This document shows positions 1 through 13,386 of a stretch of 64,000 nucleotides of DNA, piece after piece. The notes beneath the pieces were generated by a model that saw only the letters and a list, made by a program, of their open reading frames with translations, made no database searches and was not told the DNA's origin. This DNA is from Malacoraja senta (Eukaryota), in NCBI GenBank assembly GCA_038087875.1, contig CM075987.1, positions 24,368,001-24,432,000 of the forward strand. The letters are read 5' to 3'. Position numbers and translations under genes: made by a program. How positions within the stretch are numbered: the first letter of the stretch is position 1; every line of letters begins with the position of its first letter.

Positions 1-674
1 GCAGTGGGAGGATAAGGGGGGGGGGGAGATAGGATGTGCATGCTAACACGAACCATCTGCAACCTGTAAATCAGAAGAGACTGTGGGCCGAGGCAGAACG
101 CAGTTTTGAAGTTTTGAGGAGAAAGTTTATATGTGACGAGCCCACAATCAGGATTTTCACCATCCCTGCGATTGACCAAAGTCTCGCCAAAGCATGGTCC
201 TTTTTTTAAAAACCACCATAGGGTTTTGAACATGCCAGCATCTTCACAGTTGTTTACCGTTAGCTCTGGACTGAAGTCCATCTTCTCAGGTGAGTGAGGG
301 AAATACGGCAGTCATGTGGTATTTAGACCGATGTACATGCAAGCTTGCAGCAGGCCGGAGGGTGAGAGGGTGGGGCCAGCTTGATCGAAGTTGTTAGCAG
401 GTGAACGTGGAGAGTGAGACACAATTGGAGGAGTTCAGGCTGGTGTAGTTGATGGGATACAGCATCAGAAGGGTGACCATGGCCACTATTGAACACTTTG
501 CAGTCTGCTCTGGCCCCCTGGTCTTTGATCCCTAACATTGGCCTCCCATTGACGTTAGGAGGTGTGCGTTTAACATCTTCCTGTCTTTACTCCAGTGTGC
601 GCTTTCCTGAAGCAAATCCAACTCTCTCCCTTTTTTCCGTTGTCTCGTTGTACATCAATTGGCATACCACTGCC

Positions 675-1885
675 ATAGAGTCATAGACAGTCATAGAGAC
701 TCATAGAGTGATACAGTATGGAAACGGCCCTTCGGCCCAACTCGCCCACACCGACCCACAATGTTGCAGCTATACTGGTCCCACTTGCCTGCATTTGATC
801 CATATCGCTCCAAACCTGTCCTATCCATGTACCTGTCTGTTTCCTAAACAATGGGATAGTCCCAGACTCAACTACCTCCTCTGACAGCTTGTTCCATACA
901 CCCACCACTCTTTGTGTGAAGAAGTTACCCCTCAGATTTCTATTAAATCTTTTCCGCTTCACCTTGAACCTATGTCCTCTGGTCCTCGATACTGTGCATC
1001 TACCCGATCTATTCCTCCCATGATTTTGTACACCTCTATAAGATCTCCCCTCATCCTCCTGCGCTCCATGGAATAGAGACCCAGCCTACTCAACCTCTCC
1101 CTGTAGCTCACACCCTCTAGTCCTGGCAACATCCTCTGAACCCTTTCAAGCTTGACAATATCCTTCTTATAACATGGTGCCCAGAACTGAACACAATATT
1201 CTAAATACGGTCTCACCAACGTCTTATACAACTGCAACATGACCTCCCAACTTCTATACTCAATACTCTGTCTGATGAAGGCCAAAGTGCCAAAAGCCTT
1301 TTTGACCCCCTTATCTATCTGCAACTCGACCTTCAAGGAACTATGCACCTGCACTCCTAGATCACTCTGCTCTGCAACACTACCCAGAGGCCTACCATTC
1401 ACTGTGTAGGTCCTGCCCTTGTTCGACGTCCCAAAATGGAACACCTCACACTTCTCTGTATTAAATTCCATCAACCATTCCTCTGCCCACCTGGCCAATC
1501 GATCCAGATCCTGCTGCAATCTTTCACAACCATCTTCACTATCTGCAAAACCACTCACTTATGTATCATCAGCAAACTTGCTAATCTTGCCCTGTACGTT
1601 CTCATCCAAATCATTGATATAGATGACAAACAGTAACGGGCCCAGCACCGAACCCTGAGGCACACCACTAGTCACAGGCCTCCAGTCTGAGAAGCAACCT
1701 TCCACCATTACCCTCTGCTTCCTTCCATGGAGCCAATTTGCTATCCATTCTGCTATCTCTCCTTGGATCCCATGCGATCTAACCTTCCAGAGCAGCCGAC
1801 CATGCGGAACCTTGTCGAACGCCTTATTGAAGTCCATGTACACAACATCTACAGCTCTGCCCTCATCAGCCATCTTGGGAACGGT
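675..1885 (-). mobile_element. CR1-clade LINE (HER1-like), 5'-truncated, broken RT ORF
   Basis: [26 protein letters not shown] and RPYLEYCVQFW motifs; (tcatagag)-type tail at 675-712. Confidence 0.95.
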
Positions 1886-2169
1886 CTCCACCACTTGCTG
1901 CACACACAAAGCACCCTCACTTTAATAGGATTAAACCCATTCAAATGAGAGCTAACCTCTCATCTATTTAGTCCCCCATTGATGGTTTAGAACCTGCAAC
2001 AGCACGCACTTGAAAGACAATGGGAGGTCACTGCTAGGGATCAAAGACTAAGGACACAGAGCAGTCTGAAAAGTTCTCAATTACCTTACTGAATAATAAT
2101 CACATTAATAGGACCCTGTGGACATTCTGAAGTATAAGTAGCGCCAGATTCTTCCTCCTTGTAGTGAAA

Positions 2170-2508
2170 CAAGGGCAAGGAACAGACTAGCCATGTTGTA
2201 CAAGGTTCAAAAGGGGATGGTGGGCATAACTCCAGATAGATACATCACATACTCAACAGAAAGGAGAACACAAAAGAGAAATGATATGCAAATAGAAACC
2301 CCATTCGCCAGGACAGATATTTATAAGAACTCATTCGTTGTAAGAACCTTAAGGGAATGGAATAAACTTGACAACAATATAGTCAAATCACCTTCACTAG
2401 ACAGTTTTAAGGGTGCACTAACAGCACGTTAGTATGCACAACACATCCAAGTTGGCGATATGCAGAGTACTGCCCTGCCGACTACAAATTCAGAAGATTC
2501 AGAAGATT
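2170..2508 (+). mobile_element. 3' fragment of a different CR1-group LINE family
   Basis: RLAMLYK...RTDIYKNSFVVRTLREWNKLDNNIVKSPSLDSFK C-terminal motif, short 3'UTR and (cagaagatt)2 tail. Confidence 0.7.
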
Positions 2509-2544
2509 TGACCAAGTAGTGGGATGTGATTCACTTTCGCCTCA

Positions 2545-3645
2545 AGGGCCTGTCCCACTTACGCGACCTTTACAGGTGACCAGAAAGACGCTACCACTCT
2601 TTGGAGACTTCTCACGACCATAGGTGACCTCTCACGACCCTACAGGCGACCCCTGGTGACATGTCGCGGGTGACCTCTCACGACCATAGGAGACCTCTCA
2701 CGATCATATAGCCTGTAAGGCCGTGAGAGGTCTCCTATGGTCAGACTATTATCTAAATGGTGGCCGATTAGGAAATGGGGAGATGCAGCGAGACCTGGGT
2801 GTCATGGTACACCAGTCATTGAAAGTAGGCATGCAGGTGCAGCAGGCAGTGAAGAAAGCGAATGGTATGTTAGCTTTCATAGCAAAAGGATTTGAGTATA
2901 GGAGCAGGGAGGTTCTACTGCAGTTGTACAGGGTCTTGGTGAGACCACACCTGGAGTATTGCGTACAGTTTTGGTCTCCAAATCTGAGGAAGGACATTAT
3001 AGCCATAGAGGGAGTGCAGAGAAGGTTCACCAGACTGATTCCTGGGATGTCAGGACTTTCATATGAAGAAAGACTGGATAGACTTGGCTTATACTCGCTA
3101 GAATTTAGGAGATTGAGAGGGGCTCTTATAGAAATGTACAAAATTCTTATGGGGTTGGACAGGCTAGATGCAGGAAGATTGTTCCCGATGTTGGGGAAGT
3201 CCAGGACAAGAGGTCACAGCTTAAGGATAAGGGGGAAATCCTTTAAGACCGAGATGAGGAAAAACTTTTTCACACAGAGAGTGGTGAATCTCTGGAACTC
3301 TCTGCCACAGAGGGTAGTTGAGGCCAGTTCATTGGCTATATTTAAGAGGGAGTTAGATGTGGCCCTTGTGGCTAAGGGGATCAGGGGGTATGGAGAGAAG
3401 GCAGGTACGGGATACTGAGTTGGATGATCAGCCATGATCATATTGAATGGCGGTGCAGGCTCGAAGGGCCAAATGGCCTACTCCTGCACCTATTTTCTAT
3501 GTATCTATGTATCTATGTGAGAGGTCTCCAAAGAGTCGTAGCGTCTTTCTGGTCGCTGCTGAATTTTCAACATGTTGAAAATTTCGGCAACCTATGACGG
3601 GTGCCGGCAGTCGCCTGTAAAGGTCGCGTAAGTGGGACAGGCCCT
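2545..3645. mobile_element. PIF/Harbinger-type MITE containing a nested CR1
   Basis: Perfect 32-bp TIR AGGGCCTGTCCCACTTACGCGACCTTTACAGG; 3-bp TSD TCA on both sides. Confidence 0.85.
2743..3516 (+). mobile_element. CR1 LINE 3' fragment nested in a MITE
   Basis: Open ORF2 C-terminus (RPHLEYCVQFWSP...FFTQRVVNLWNSLP), 3'UTR and (tatctatg)n tail. Confidence 0.95.
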
Positions 3646-4167
3646 TCAACTGGTTCTGTATGACATAGATGTGATATCGGCCTGGGTAGAGTGAATGTGG
3701 AGAGGTTGTAAGGCAGCGACTCTCCCGCTGCGCCACTGTGCCGCCCCTTTCTCCGGGACCTCCGGTTTCCTCCCACTTTCCAAAGACGTACAAATGGTAA
3801 AATTGTAGATCGTCCCTCGTGTGTATTACAGTGCTTGTGTACGGGATAACCGCAGGTCGGCACAGACTCGATGGGCCGACGGGCCTGTGTCCTCCCTGTA
3901 CCTCTAACGTCTGAAGTCCGACTGCACTAGATTCTGAAACCAGGGAAGACACCCCACAAACTTAATCCTGATAAGGACTGACGGGAGGAAAGACTCAGTG
4001 ATGTTGGCAGCCTTGGCAAGAAGAGGGTGCCCACCCCCAATAAGTTAATGGACGTTTCATGTTCAACAAGAAAGGAGGACCCGGCGTGCGTGGACCACCG
4101 TGAGGGAGGGCAGAGAGCAATGGGGACCTGGCGCGGGGGGGGGGGGGGGGCATGGGAGGGATTTGTA

Positions 4168-4692
4168 ACATTATTGCCATAGAGGGAGTGCAGAGAAGGT
4201 TCACCAGACTGATTCCTGGGATGTCAGGACTGTCTTATGAAGAAAGACTGGATAGACTTGGTTTATACTCTCTAGAATTTAGGAGATTGAGGGGGGATCT
4301 TATAGAAACTTACAAAATTCTTAAGGGGTTGGACAGGCTAGATGCAGGAAGATTGCTCCCGATGTTGGGGAAGTCCAGGACAAGGGGTCACAGCTTAAGG
4401 ATAAGGGGGAAATCCTTCAAAACCGAGATGAGAAGAACTTTTTTCACACAGAGAGTGGTGAATCTCTGGAACTCTCTGCCACAGAAGGTAGTTGAGGCCA
4501 GTTCATTGGCTATCTTTAAGAGGGAGTTAGATGTGGCCCTTGTGGCTAAGGGGATCAGAGGGTATGGAGAGAAGGCAGGTACGGGATACTGAGTTGGATG
4601 ATCAGCCATGATCATATTGAATGGCGGTGCAGGCTCGAAGGGCCGAATGGCCTACTCCTGCACCTAATTTCTATGTTTCTATGTTTCTATGT
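4168..4692 (+). mobile_element. CR1 LINE 3' fragment (young subfamily)
   Basis: Nearly identical to the 3' part of 2743-3516; (tttctatg)n tail. Confidence 0.95.
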
Positions 4693-7600
4693 AACGTTGT
4701 AAGCACCCTTTATGGGTGACTATTTGCAATAGCTTGGGTAAGCAGGCAGAGAGTTTCACTGCGACTTATCACAGGTGACAATAAAGTATTCAATTCAATT
4801 CGATTCAATGTGCCAGCGTTCAGCTGTTGATGGCTAAATCTGTGTTTATCCTCTGTCTGCAGAGAAAAGTTCCATCAGGCGGAGGGAACAGTTTCACGTC
4901 CAGAGATGTTGCCATGTCCCAGAACAACTAAGGGCATTCACAGAGGAACTTGTGTAGTGTGTAACTGGCGTAGGCGACGAGGTCTGGCATCAGTACTTTC
5001 AAATACCTCAGCTGAAGGCTGTGGGTTAAGTTTGTCGTACACACAAGAATCAACAACTTTCATTATGTACCACCTTTTGCTTTGAGGGACGTCCTTCACA
5101 GGGGTGCCATCAGGCCAGTAGCTACACTATAATGAAGTAAAAGTCAATAGACAATAGGTGCGATCATGGCTGACCATCCCCAATCAGTACCCCGTTCCTG
5201 CCTTCTCCCCATATCCCCTCACTCCGCTATTTTCAAGAGATCTATCTAGCTCTCTCTTGAAAGCATCCAGAGAACCGGCCTCCACCGCCCTCTGAGGCAG
5301 AGAATTCCACAGACTCACCACTCTCTGTGAGTAAAAGTGTTTCCTCGTCTCCGTTCTAAATGGCTTACTCCTTATTCTTAAACTGTGGCCCCTGGTTCTG
5401 GACTCCCCCCAACATCGGGAACATGTTTCCTGCCTCTAGTGTGTCCGGCATAGTGGCACAGCTAATCAAACCATTGTCTCCCAGCTCCAGCCACGCAATT
5501 CATGGCGCAGCTGGTAAGAGTCGCTGCCTCACAGCGCCAGAGGTCCGGGTTCGATCCTGACCACGGCTGCTGTCTGTAGGGAGTTTGTACCTTCTCCCCC
5601 TGACCAGGTTGGGTTTCCACCGGGTGCTTCGGTTTCCTCCCACATCCAAAGACACGGAGGTTGGAACTATAAATTGTCCCGAGTGTGCAGGCGAGCGATA
5701 GAAATGGAGGTGGGAAGTGGGGGAGTTGATTAGAATGAGGCATGAAAATAAACAATGGGGGTTCATGTAGCATTAGTTTAAGAGGGAAGTTTCTTAGGTT
5801 TCAGTTTAGTTTATCATCATGTGCAACGAGGTACAGTGAAAAGCTTTTGCTGCCTGCTAACCAGTCAGCGGAAAGACAATACATGATTACAATCGAGCCG
5901 TCCACAGTGTACAGATGCATGATAGGTGAAAGGCTTGGATAGAGTGGATGTGGAGAAGACGTTTCCACTGGTGGGAGAGTCTAGGACTAGAGGTCATGGC
6001 CTCAGAATTAAAGGATGTGCTTTTAGGTAGGCGATGTGAAATTTATTTCGTCAGAGGGTGGTGAATGTGGAATTCTTTGCCACAGACGGCTGAAGTGGCC
6101 GTCAGTGGATATTTTAAAGGAAGAGATAGATAGATTCTTGATTAGTACGGGTGTCAGAGGTGATGGGGAGAAGGCAGGAGAATGGGGTTAGGAGGGAGAG
6201 ATAGAATGGCAGAGTAGACTTGATGGGCCGAATGGCCTAATTCTACTCCTATTCCTTATAACTAGAATAACATGGGTAATGTTTAGTGCAAGATAAAGTC
6301 CAGTAAAGTCCCGATCAGAGATTAAGTAAGAAAGACTGCTGTTGTTAGAGTAAAGATCTATAAGATTGGAGCCATTGTAATGCGTGATTGCAGATTCACT
6401 TCTGTGACCAGCACACAAAGAGGCGCCCGGCTCGGGCGCCATCTTGGATCATGAAGTTAATAGTCACTATGGATCCAGTGGGTCAGAGGGCCTGTTTCCA
6501 TGCTGTCGTGGTCACCGAGGTCACGTGGTCAAAGGGATCTGGATTTAAAAGATGATGTTAAAGGAAGAAAAGAAGGTGGCGAGTTTTGGTGACAACTGGG
6601 CAGTCACGGAGGCGCAGCGGTAGAGTTGCTGCCTTACAGCGAATGCAGTGCCGGAGACCCGGGTTCGATCCCGACCACGGGTGCTGTCTGTACGGAGTTT
6701 GTACGCTCTCCACGTGATCCGCGTGGGTTTTCTCCGAGATCTTCGGTTTCCTCCCACACTCCAAAAACGTACAGGGTTGTAGGTGAATTGGTTTGGTAAA
6801 TGTGACAAGACACCCATTCCTTACAAATCAGGCCAATTGTAGTTTAGAGATACAGCATGGAAATAGGCCCTTCAGCCCACTGAGCCAGTGATCACCCATA
6901 CACTAGTTCCATTCTACACTCTAGGGTCAACTTACAGAAGCCAATGAACCTGCACGTCTGTGGAGTGTTGGAGCGGGTAGTTTTAGGAAAGAGATGAGGA
7001 AGAATGTCTTTAGTCAGAGGGTGGTGAATCTGTGGAATTCTTTGCCACAAAAGGCTGTGGAGGCCAAGTCAATGTATATTTTTAAGGCAGAGATTGATAC
7101 ATTCTTGATTAGTACGGGTGTCTTGGTTCTTGGTCCTCCAAAATATTCCAAATGGAATTTAAACTGGAGGTGGTGGAGGGAGGACTTAAGCCAGAAAGGG
7201 TTCAGGAGTTATGGGGAGAAGGCAGGAGAATGGGGTTGAGAGGTAAAGTCATGATTGAATGACAGAGTCGACACAATGGGCCGAATGGCCTGATTTTGTT
7301 TCTACCGCTTGTGAACTTATGAAACCGAAGCACCTGGAGAAAACCCACGCAGTCACGGGGAGAACGTACAAACTGCGGACAGACATACGTAGTCAGAATC
7401 GAACCCAAGTCTCTGGCGCTGTGAGGCAGCAACTCTACCAACTTGCCGTCCTTCAGAACGTTAGAGAAAGAGATGAGGATTTCAAGAGGGTTAAGGCTAA
7501 GGCAGAAATCTGTAAAGTTACCAAAACACAAACAGGCATTTAGTAGGAGAAATGCTTGTTAAAAACAGGAATGATATTTGGGAGCCCCTGATAGTATATA

Positions 7601-7914
7601 CAGTTCTGAGCAACAAAGCTAAATGCGCCTCGTGCACTGAATGTAATCGATTTGTGAATAGCATTAAAAATACCATTGTAATTGTATACATGATCTGAAA
7701 TGCCCAATAAACTAAAGAGTCAAAACTGCAGATGCTGGTTTACACTGAAGATAGACACAAAATGGTGGAGTAACTCAGCGGGACAGGCAGCATCTTTAGT
7801 TTAGTTTAGTTCAGAGATACAGCGTGGAAACAGGCTCTACGGCCCACCGAGTTCGCACTGACCAGCGATCCCCGCACATTAACACTATCCTACTAATTTA
7901 CGCATACACCAAAC

Positions 7915-8245
7915 CACTGTAAGAGTGAGGCCCAGCGCATATTGGAGGAACAGCACCTCATATTTCGCTTGGGTAGTTTACACCCCTGCGATATGAACAT
8001 TGACTTCAGATAGCCCTTGCTTTCTCTCTCCATCCCCTTCCCCTTCCCAGGTCTCCCACCAGTCTTACTGTCTTCAACTACATTCTATCTTTGTCCCGCC
8101 CCCCTCCCCTGACATCAGTCCGAAGAAGGGTCTCGACCTGAAACTTCGCCCATTCCTTCTGTCCAGAGATGCTGCCTCACCCGCTGAGTTACTCCAGCAT
8201 TTTGTGTCCACCTTCGATTTAAACCAGCATCTGCAGTTCTTTCTT
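7915..8245 (+). mobile_element. Penelope-like element 3' end (GIY-YIG C-terminus plus terminal repeat)
   Basis: HCKSEAQRILEEQHLIFRLGSLHPCDMNIDF*, followed by a decayed hammerhead-like terminal repeat. Confidence 0.75.
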
Positions 8246-8595
8246 ACAAACCTACAAACCTACAAACCTGTACGTCTTTGGAGTGGGGGGGGGGGGAACC
8301 GGAGATCTTGGAGAAAACCCATGTGGTCACGGGGAGAACGTACAAACTCCGTACAGACAGCGTTTCTAGATAGAAGGAACGGGTGATGTTCAGAGTTGAG
8401 ACTCTTCTGAAGAAACGTCACCCATTCCTTCTATCCAGAAGATGCTGCCAGTCCCGCTAAGTTACTCCAGCATTTGTGTCTATCTAATAAAAAATAGGGA
8501 CTGGTAATAAGAATGCAAGAGCTTACTTCAGATGCAATGCAGAAGAAATGGTGAGATTCAACAGGTCAAAGGCTGCTCAGAGCTTAAGAACATAA

Positions 8596-9163
8596 TGCCC
8601 CTGTCCCACTTAGAAAACTTGAACGGAAACCTCTGGAGACTTTGCGCCCCACCCAAGGTTTCCGTGCGGTTCCCGGAGGTTTTTGTCAGTCTCCCTAATG
8701 GTCGAAAGTGGTTTCCACTTCTTCTATGTTCCGGCGATTATTTCAAAAAATTCAAAACCGGACGCGACTAAAAATAGGTTGCCGTTTAAAAAATCTGTAA
8801 TTTTTTAGTCAAAGCCGGTTGTGATGCTACTTGAAGGTGGTTGCCGGAGGTTGCATGTGGTTGCCGGAGGTTGCAGGTAGTGGAAGGTCTTACCTTCCAC
8901 TACCTGCAACCTCCGGCAACCACCTTCAACTAGCATCTCAACCGGCTTCGACTAAAAAATTACCGATTTTTAAAACGGCAACCTATTTTTAGTCGCGGCC
9001 GGTTTTGAATTTTTTGAAATGATCGCTGGAACATAGAAGAAGCGGAAACCACTTTCGACCATTAGGGAGACTGACAAAAACCTCCGGGAACCTCCGGGAA
9101 CCTTGGGTGGGGCGCAAAGTCTCCAGAGGTTTCTGTTCAGGTTTCCTAAGTGGGACAGGGGCA
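8596..9163. mobile_element. Fold-back (almost entirely palindromic) Harbinger-type MITE
   Basis: Ends TGCCCCTGTCCCACTTAG / CTAAGTGGGACAGGGGCA; arms are complementary up to a centre near 8890. Confidence 0.85.
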
Positions 9164-10439
9164 TTAGGAACAGTGATGCAACTTTGACCAAAGCTGAAAG
9201 AGAAATATAAGCAGTTAAATCATATCACCACAGACATTAACAAAAAAGAGTTGTGATATTTCAAGGAGACTTTTGCGAAGGAAAATCTCCAGAGATATTT
9301 GACAATGATTCTGCTGTCACGTGGCCTTTGTATTATAGAGTCCTCTGCCTGAAGTAGACTTCATTCAACCGCTGAACATAAATGAAGAAATGTGCGACAT
9401 GCAATTGGCTGCCGCAGAGGACAATCACTTATAACAGATTACATTCCAAGCAGGTCAAGGCAACTTTCAAACCTCTGCAACTGTCAGATGCCAGTTTAAC
9501 GTGACGCATGTGCGGTATTATAAGTCAGTAGCACAACTTGTTCTAAAATATATCATGTGAATTGGCCATCTAAAGAACAAGCTTTTGACTGAAGTTCGCT
9601 CAACTTGCAGTAGAATCCTTCATCCAAGTACTTGACTTTTTGGCATTGCACAACTGGCTTTTATGACTTGCACATATTTTTTACAAGATTGTTGGGTCTG
9701 CCTCAATCATTCATGCAAAGTGTAAATTTATCATAACCTACAGAGTTTTCTTTCGCAAAGGATGAACAAGTTAACATCTTGGAGATGATGTTTCCACCAG
9801 CGGCAGAGTCGAGGAACCAGAGGCCATAGCCTCAGAATAAAAGGATGTACCTTTGGCAAGGAGATGAGGAGGAATTTCTTTGGTCGGAGGGTGGAGAATC
9901 TGTGGAATTCATGGCCACAGACGGCTGTGGAGGTCAAGTCAATGGATATTTTAAGGCGGAGATAGATAGATTGTTGATTAGTGCAGGTGTCAGGGGTTAT
10001 GGGGAGAAGGCAGGAGAATGGGGTTAAGAGGGAAAGATGAGGTAGACAAAAAGCTGGAGAAACTCAGCGGGTGAGGCAGCATCTATAGAGCGAAGAAATG
10101 GATGACGTTTCGGGTCGAGACCCTTCTTCAGACTGATGTGTAAGATAGATTAGCCATGATTGAATGGCGGAGCAGACCTGATGGGCCGAATGGCCTAAGT
10201 CTGCTCCTGCAGCTTGTGAACCTATGAACGTACCGTATAAACTCATACAATATAAAATGGAGTTTTGGAGCATCTGGAATACCTGGAACAGAGCAGTCTC
10301 TCCTCATTTCTCATTATTTTTGGACAACTTAATCACTTTGATAAATATACACCGCGAAATATGTTAATCTACGAAAGAAATGGAAATGTTAATTAATGGG
10401 TCTTTGTGGAGGATAAAGAGGAAAAGCTTGTTTCCATTA

Positions 10440-13148
10440 AATAATGCGTCTACAAGTATTTTATTTGTTGGTTCAGAAATAAGAGCTGTGTGTCTCACCT
10501 TTTATGTAGGGAATGGGAAAACCCGACCACCATCTGCTTAACACAAAACATTTGAAATGTTGGCATTGAGCCTCAAGGTTATAAAACATACCATTAAATA
10601 AATGTTTGAATAGCAAAGCGAAAATTAGATGGAGTGGGAAGGCAGAACTTAGCATGATAATATATTAATAATTTTACACAAAGCACTTAATTAATTGTCC
10701 GTTAAAAAAAACTGAAGCAAAAATGTTCACTTTTCATTCAAACATTGAGAATTTCAAAAAAAAAGTCCCTATTTTTATGAGCTTAGCTTTGACCTTTTAG
10801 TTTTGCTTTGAGGGAAAGGGTTGCTAGTATTTCATATCATGTGTGCAACACTTACTTTTTTTTTTTAATGGTATTCACAACTCCATTACATCCAGTGAAC
10901 GAGATGCTTTTAGTTTCGTTGCTCGGATCTGTATCTGGGGCTTTCCAAATACCTTTGCTGTTTTTAACAAGCATTTATCCCACCAGACATTCTCAACTTT
11001 TAGAGTCAAATAAATTCCTCTTTAGTGCCGTGCAAATTGTAAACTTAAACTGCACTCTGTACCATTACTGGACGGCATGGTGGCACTACTGCCTTACAGC
11101 GCCAAAAACCCGGGTTCGATCCTGACTACGGGCGCTGTCTGTATGGAGTTTGCACGTTCTCCCCGTGACCTGAGTGGATTTGCTCCGAGATCTTCGGTTT
11201 CCTCCCACACTCCAAAGACGTACAGGTTTGTAGGGTAATTGGCTCGGATGTAAATGTAAAAATTGGCCCTTGTGTGCGTAGGGTAGTGCTAGTGTGCGGG
11301 GATCGCTGGTCGGTACGGACTCGGTGGGCCGAAGGTCCTGTTTCCGCGCTGAATCTCTAAACTAAACCTGCACTAATCAAGAATCTATCTATCTCTGCCT
11401 TAGAAATATCCCTTGACTGGGCCTTTTCACAGCCAGAAAGGCAAAGGTTTCACTTGGAACTGTGAGCCATTGAACAAAATGAGATCGAATCAGAACGTCA
11501 CATAATACTGGCACTTCATCTTCTGGCAAACGTTGGAATTAACGTGAACTTTATGAGGATCAAAACCCATTTCCTACTCAGATGTCTGTAGTTAATCCCA
11601 TCATAAGCCACGCTAAATGTTTCTAGTTCAAAGCACCTTAGTTGGACACCAGAATTTAAAAGTACCTTCAAATTGTTTAATTCTACATCACATATTAACG
11701 ACTGAAATTAAATATGAGTTTGCAAACAATCCTGACACCAAGTTCCTTTAAATTTATTTGACTGTTGTATAGTATTCTCTTTCTCACCCCCATTCATTCA
11801 TATGCTATCCTGCGATTTTAGTTTTAGAACCTGCTATATCTTCACCTGCTCTTACTTGGCACCGACTACCCTAAGCATCTCCTCGCAACTGCTAGCAAAT
11901 TCTTCCTTTTAAATGGCTGTATAAATATATATATATATATATATACTCTAGCTCATATGCCCACTTTGAGAGGAAAAATAAACTGTTATATCTTACTCCG
12001 TCAAAGCATAAGAGGGAATCGATTACTTTATCTATAAATACCTCCTTTATTGGTGGATAACTCTGGAGGAACCAGGTCAAAACTTCACTCTAATATCTTC
12101 TGAAAGATATGTTCAGTGTCCATGGTTCTGTACTTAATCCAAAAAAAAATAGCCAACATATAAGATAACTGCTACTGTCACTGGAAACCATTTCACTTTT
12201 CAAAGTCATTTATTCTATTTACTTTCAAAGTCTAGGTTAAAGCATTGTTAGGAAATTTCAAGCCAGCATTTTACAGCTTCCATCAGAAAAATTAAGTTGG
12301 TATGCATTGTAGAACATTGTTGCGTACCATTATGTACCAATGCACAACTTGGGTTATCAAAGGCATTTATTAGTTAGTTAGAGGGGCAAAGAATGTAGGC
12401 TTCCTGCTGGTATAATTCACTATAGACTACATCCTCAATCAACAATGAAAATGTTTCTTTATGCACTTGTCTTCTTTTCCCTCAGTCTCTCCACCGCAAA
12501 GACTGGGCAATTTTTGTGGTACGTTTTGCATCTTGTTATTTACAACAGCGATTTGTTAATCGGACTTTTGCAAATCGTGAATCATGAATGATCTGTCATG
12601 ACTACATTTGTGAATTAACTTCGAGAAGTTATTATCTTTACCTGGTCACTGGGCTGAATTCTGCTCTCAATTAAGGCGGATCAAATGATCTACTCCGCCC
12701 ACCTTCCATTCAGTTTCTACAGACCCATTATTCCTCCTGTTACTCTGTATCATTTTGTTAAAATGCTGTGCATTCGCTTCATCGGTCAAATTATAAAAAG
12801 CAAAACAAAAATAGTGCTACATCATTTCACAATAATCTTTCCGGGAATTTTTGGTCAGTTGACTAATTTATGCATCGCCTCGACAACCTCCTTGTTCACT
12901 TGACAGTTGATCGCAATTAAGCACTTCAGATCAACAATCGTGTACTTCCAGTTCGTCTTTCGTTAAACAACAGTTGGACAAGCACCAAAGCCTGGAAGGC
13001 TTATGTTTTACACATGTGTTGTCTGATCGAGTTCGCACTATTGTTTGAGATGAAGATCTGTTTTTATGGGGGTTTTTTTGCCTTGCTTCTTTTAAAATGT
13101 CAAAAGTTGAGCACAAGATGAAAGTTCAGTTCAGTTCGCGAAGCCGTC
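10440..13148 (-). other. Probable long 3'UTR of the astrotactin gene (end uncertain)
   Basis: AT-rich and nearly repeat-free (one SINE) directly after the stop. Minus-strand AATAAA sites occur at + coordinates 12366, 12209, 12046, 11753 and 10460. Confidence 0.45.
11070..11368 (+). mobile_element. tRNA-derived SINE (HE1/V-SINE-like)
   Basis: B box GGTTCGATCC, central GGTTTCCTCCCACACTCCAAAGAC domain, CR1-like 3' end and (ctaaa)n tail. Confidence 0.85.
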
Positions 13149-13386
13149 TCACCACAATGTGCCGTCTCCGTAGATGTTGCGGGGGACAGACATGAGCTTC
13201 TCGTCGCAAGTCACCTTTGCATCGTGTAAGGTGCTGTACCAGACCATCCCCGTGGGTCTGGTCTCTTCCATTCGACAGATGAAGTAGAGAACTGAGTCCA
13301 TCTGGCTCTGAATATAGGCACTGCGTAGCAATGATGCACAGCGGTCACTTATGCTGTCCAGCCGTTTTAGAATCAAGTGCGATTTT
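13149..13386 (-). CDS. ASTN2: Astrotactin-2-type gene, terminal coding exon (238 bp including TGA)
   Basis: ctttcatttcttaccacAG|A AAA TCG CAC... translates to (R)KSHLILKRLDSISDRCASLLRSAYIQSQMDSVLYFICRMEETRPTGMVWYSTLHDAKVTCDEKLMSVPRNIYGDGTLW*. It matches the recalled ASTN2 C-terminus (LLRSAYIQS, GMVWYS, TCEEK, RNTYG) better than ASTN1. Confidence 0.92.

Noticed and set aside
2723..3529. gtgagaggtctcc at 2723-2735 and 3517-3529 as the TSD of the nested CR1
   Set aside because: The motif is an internal repeat of the palindromic MITE, mirrored in its left arm, so it is not diagnostic.
4862..5090. Acceptor-like site (ctctgtctgcag) as an exon of a convergent neighbour such as PAPPA; also donor-like caggtgagt near 290
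   Set aside because: No frame resembles a protein I recognise and no partner exon is evident.
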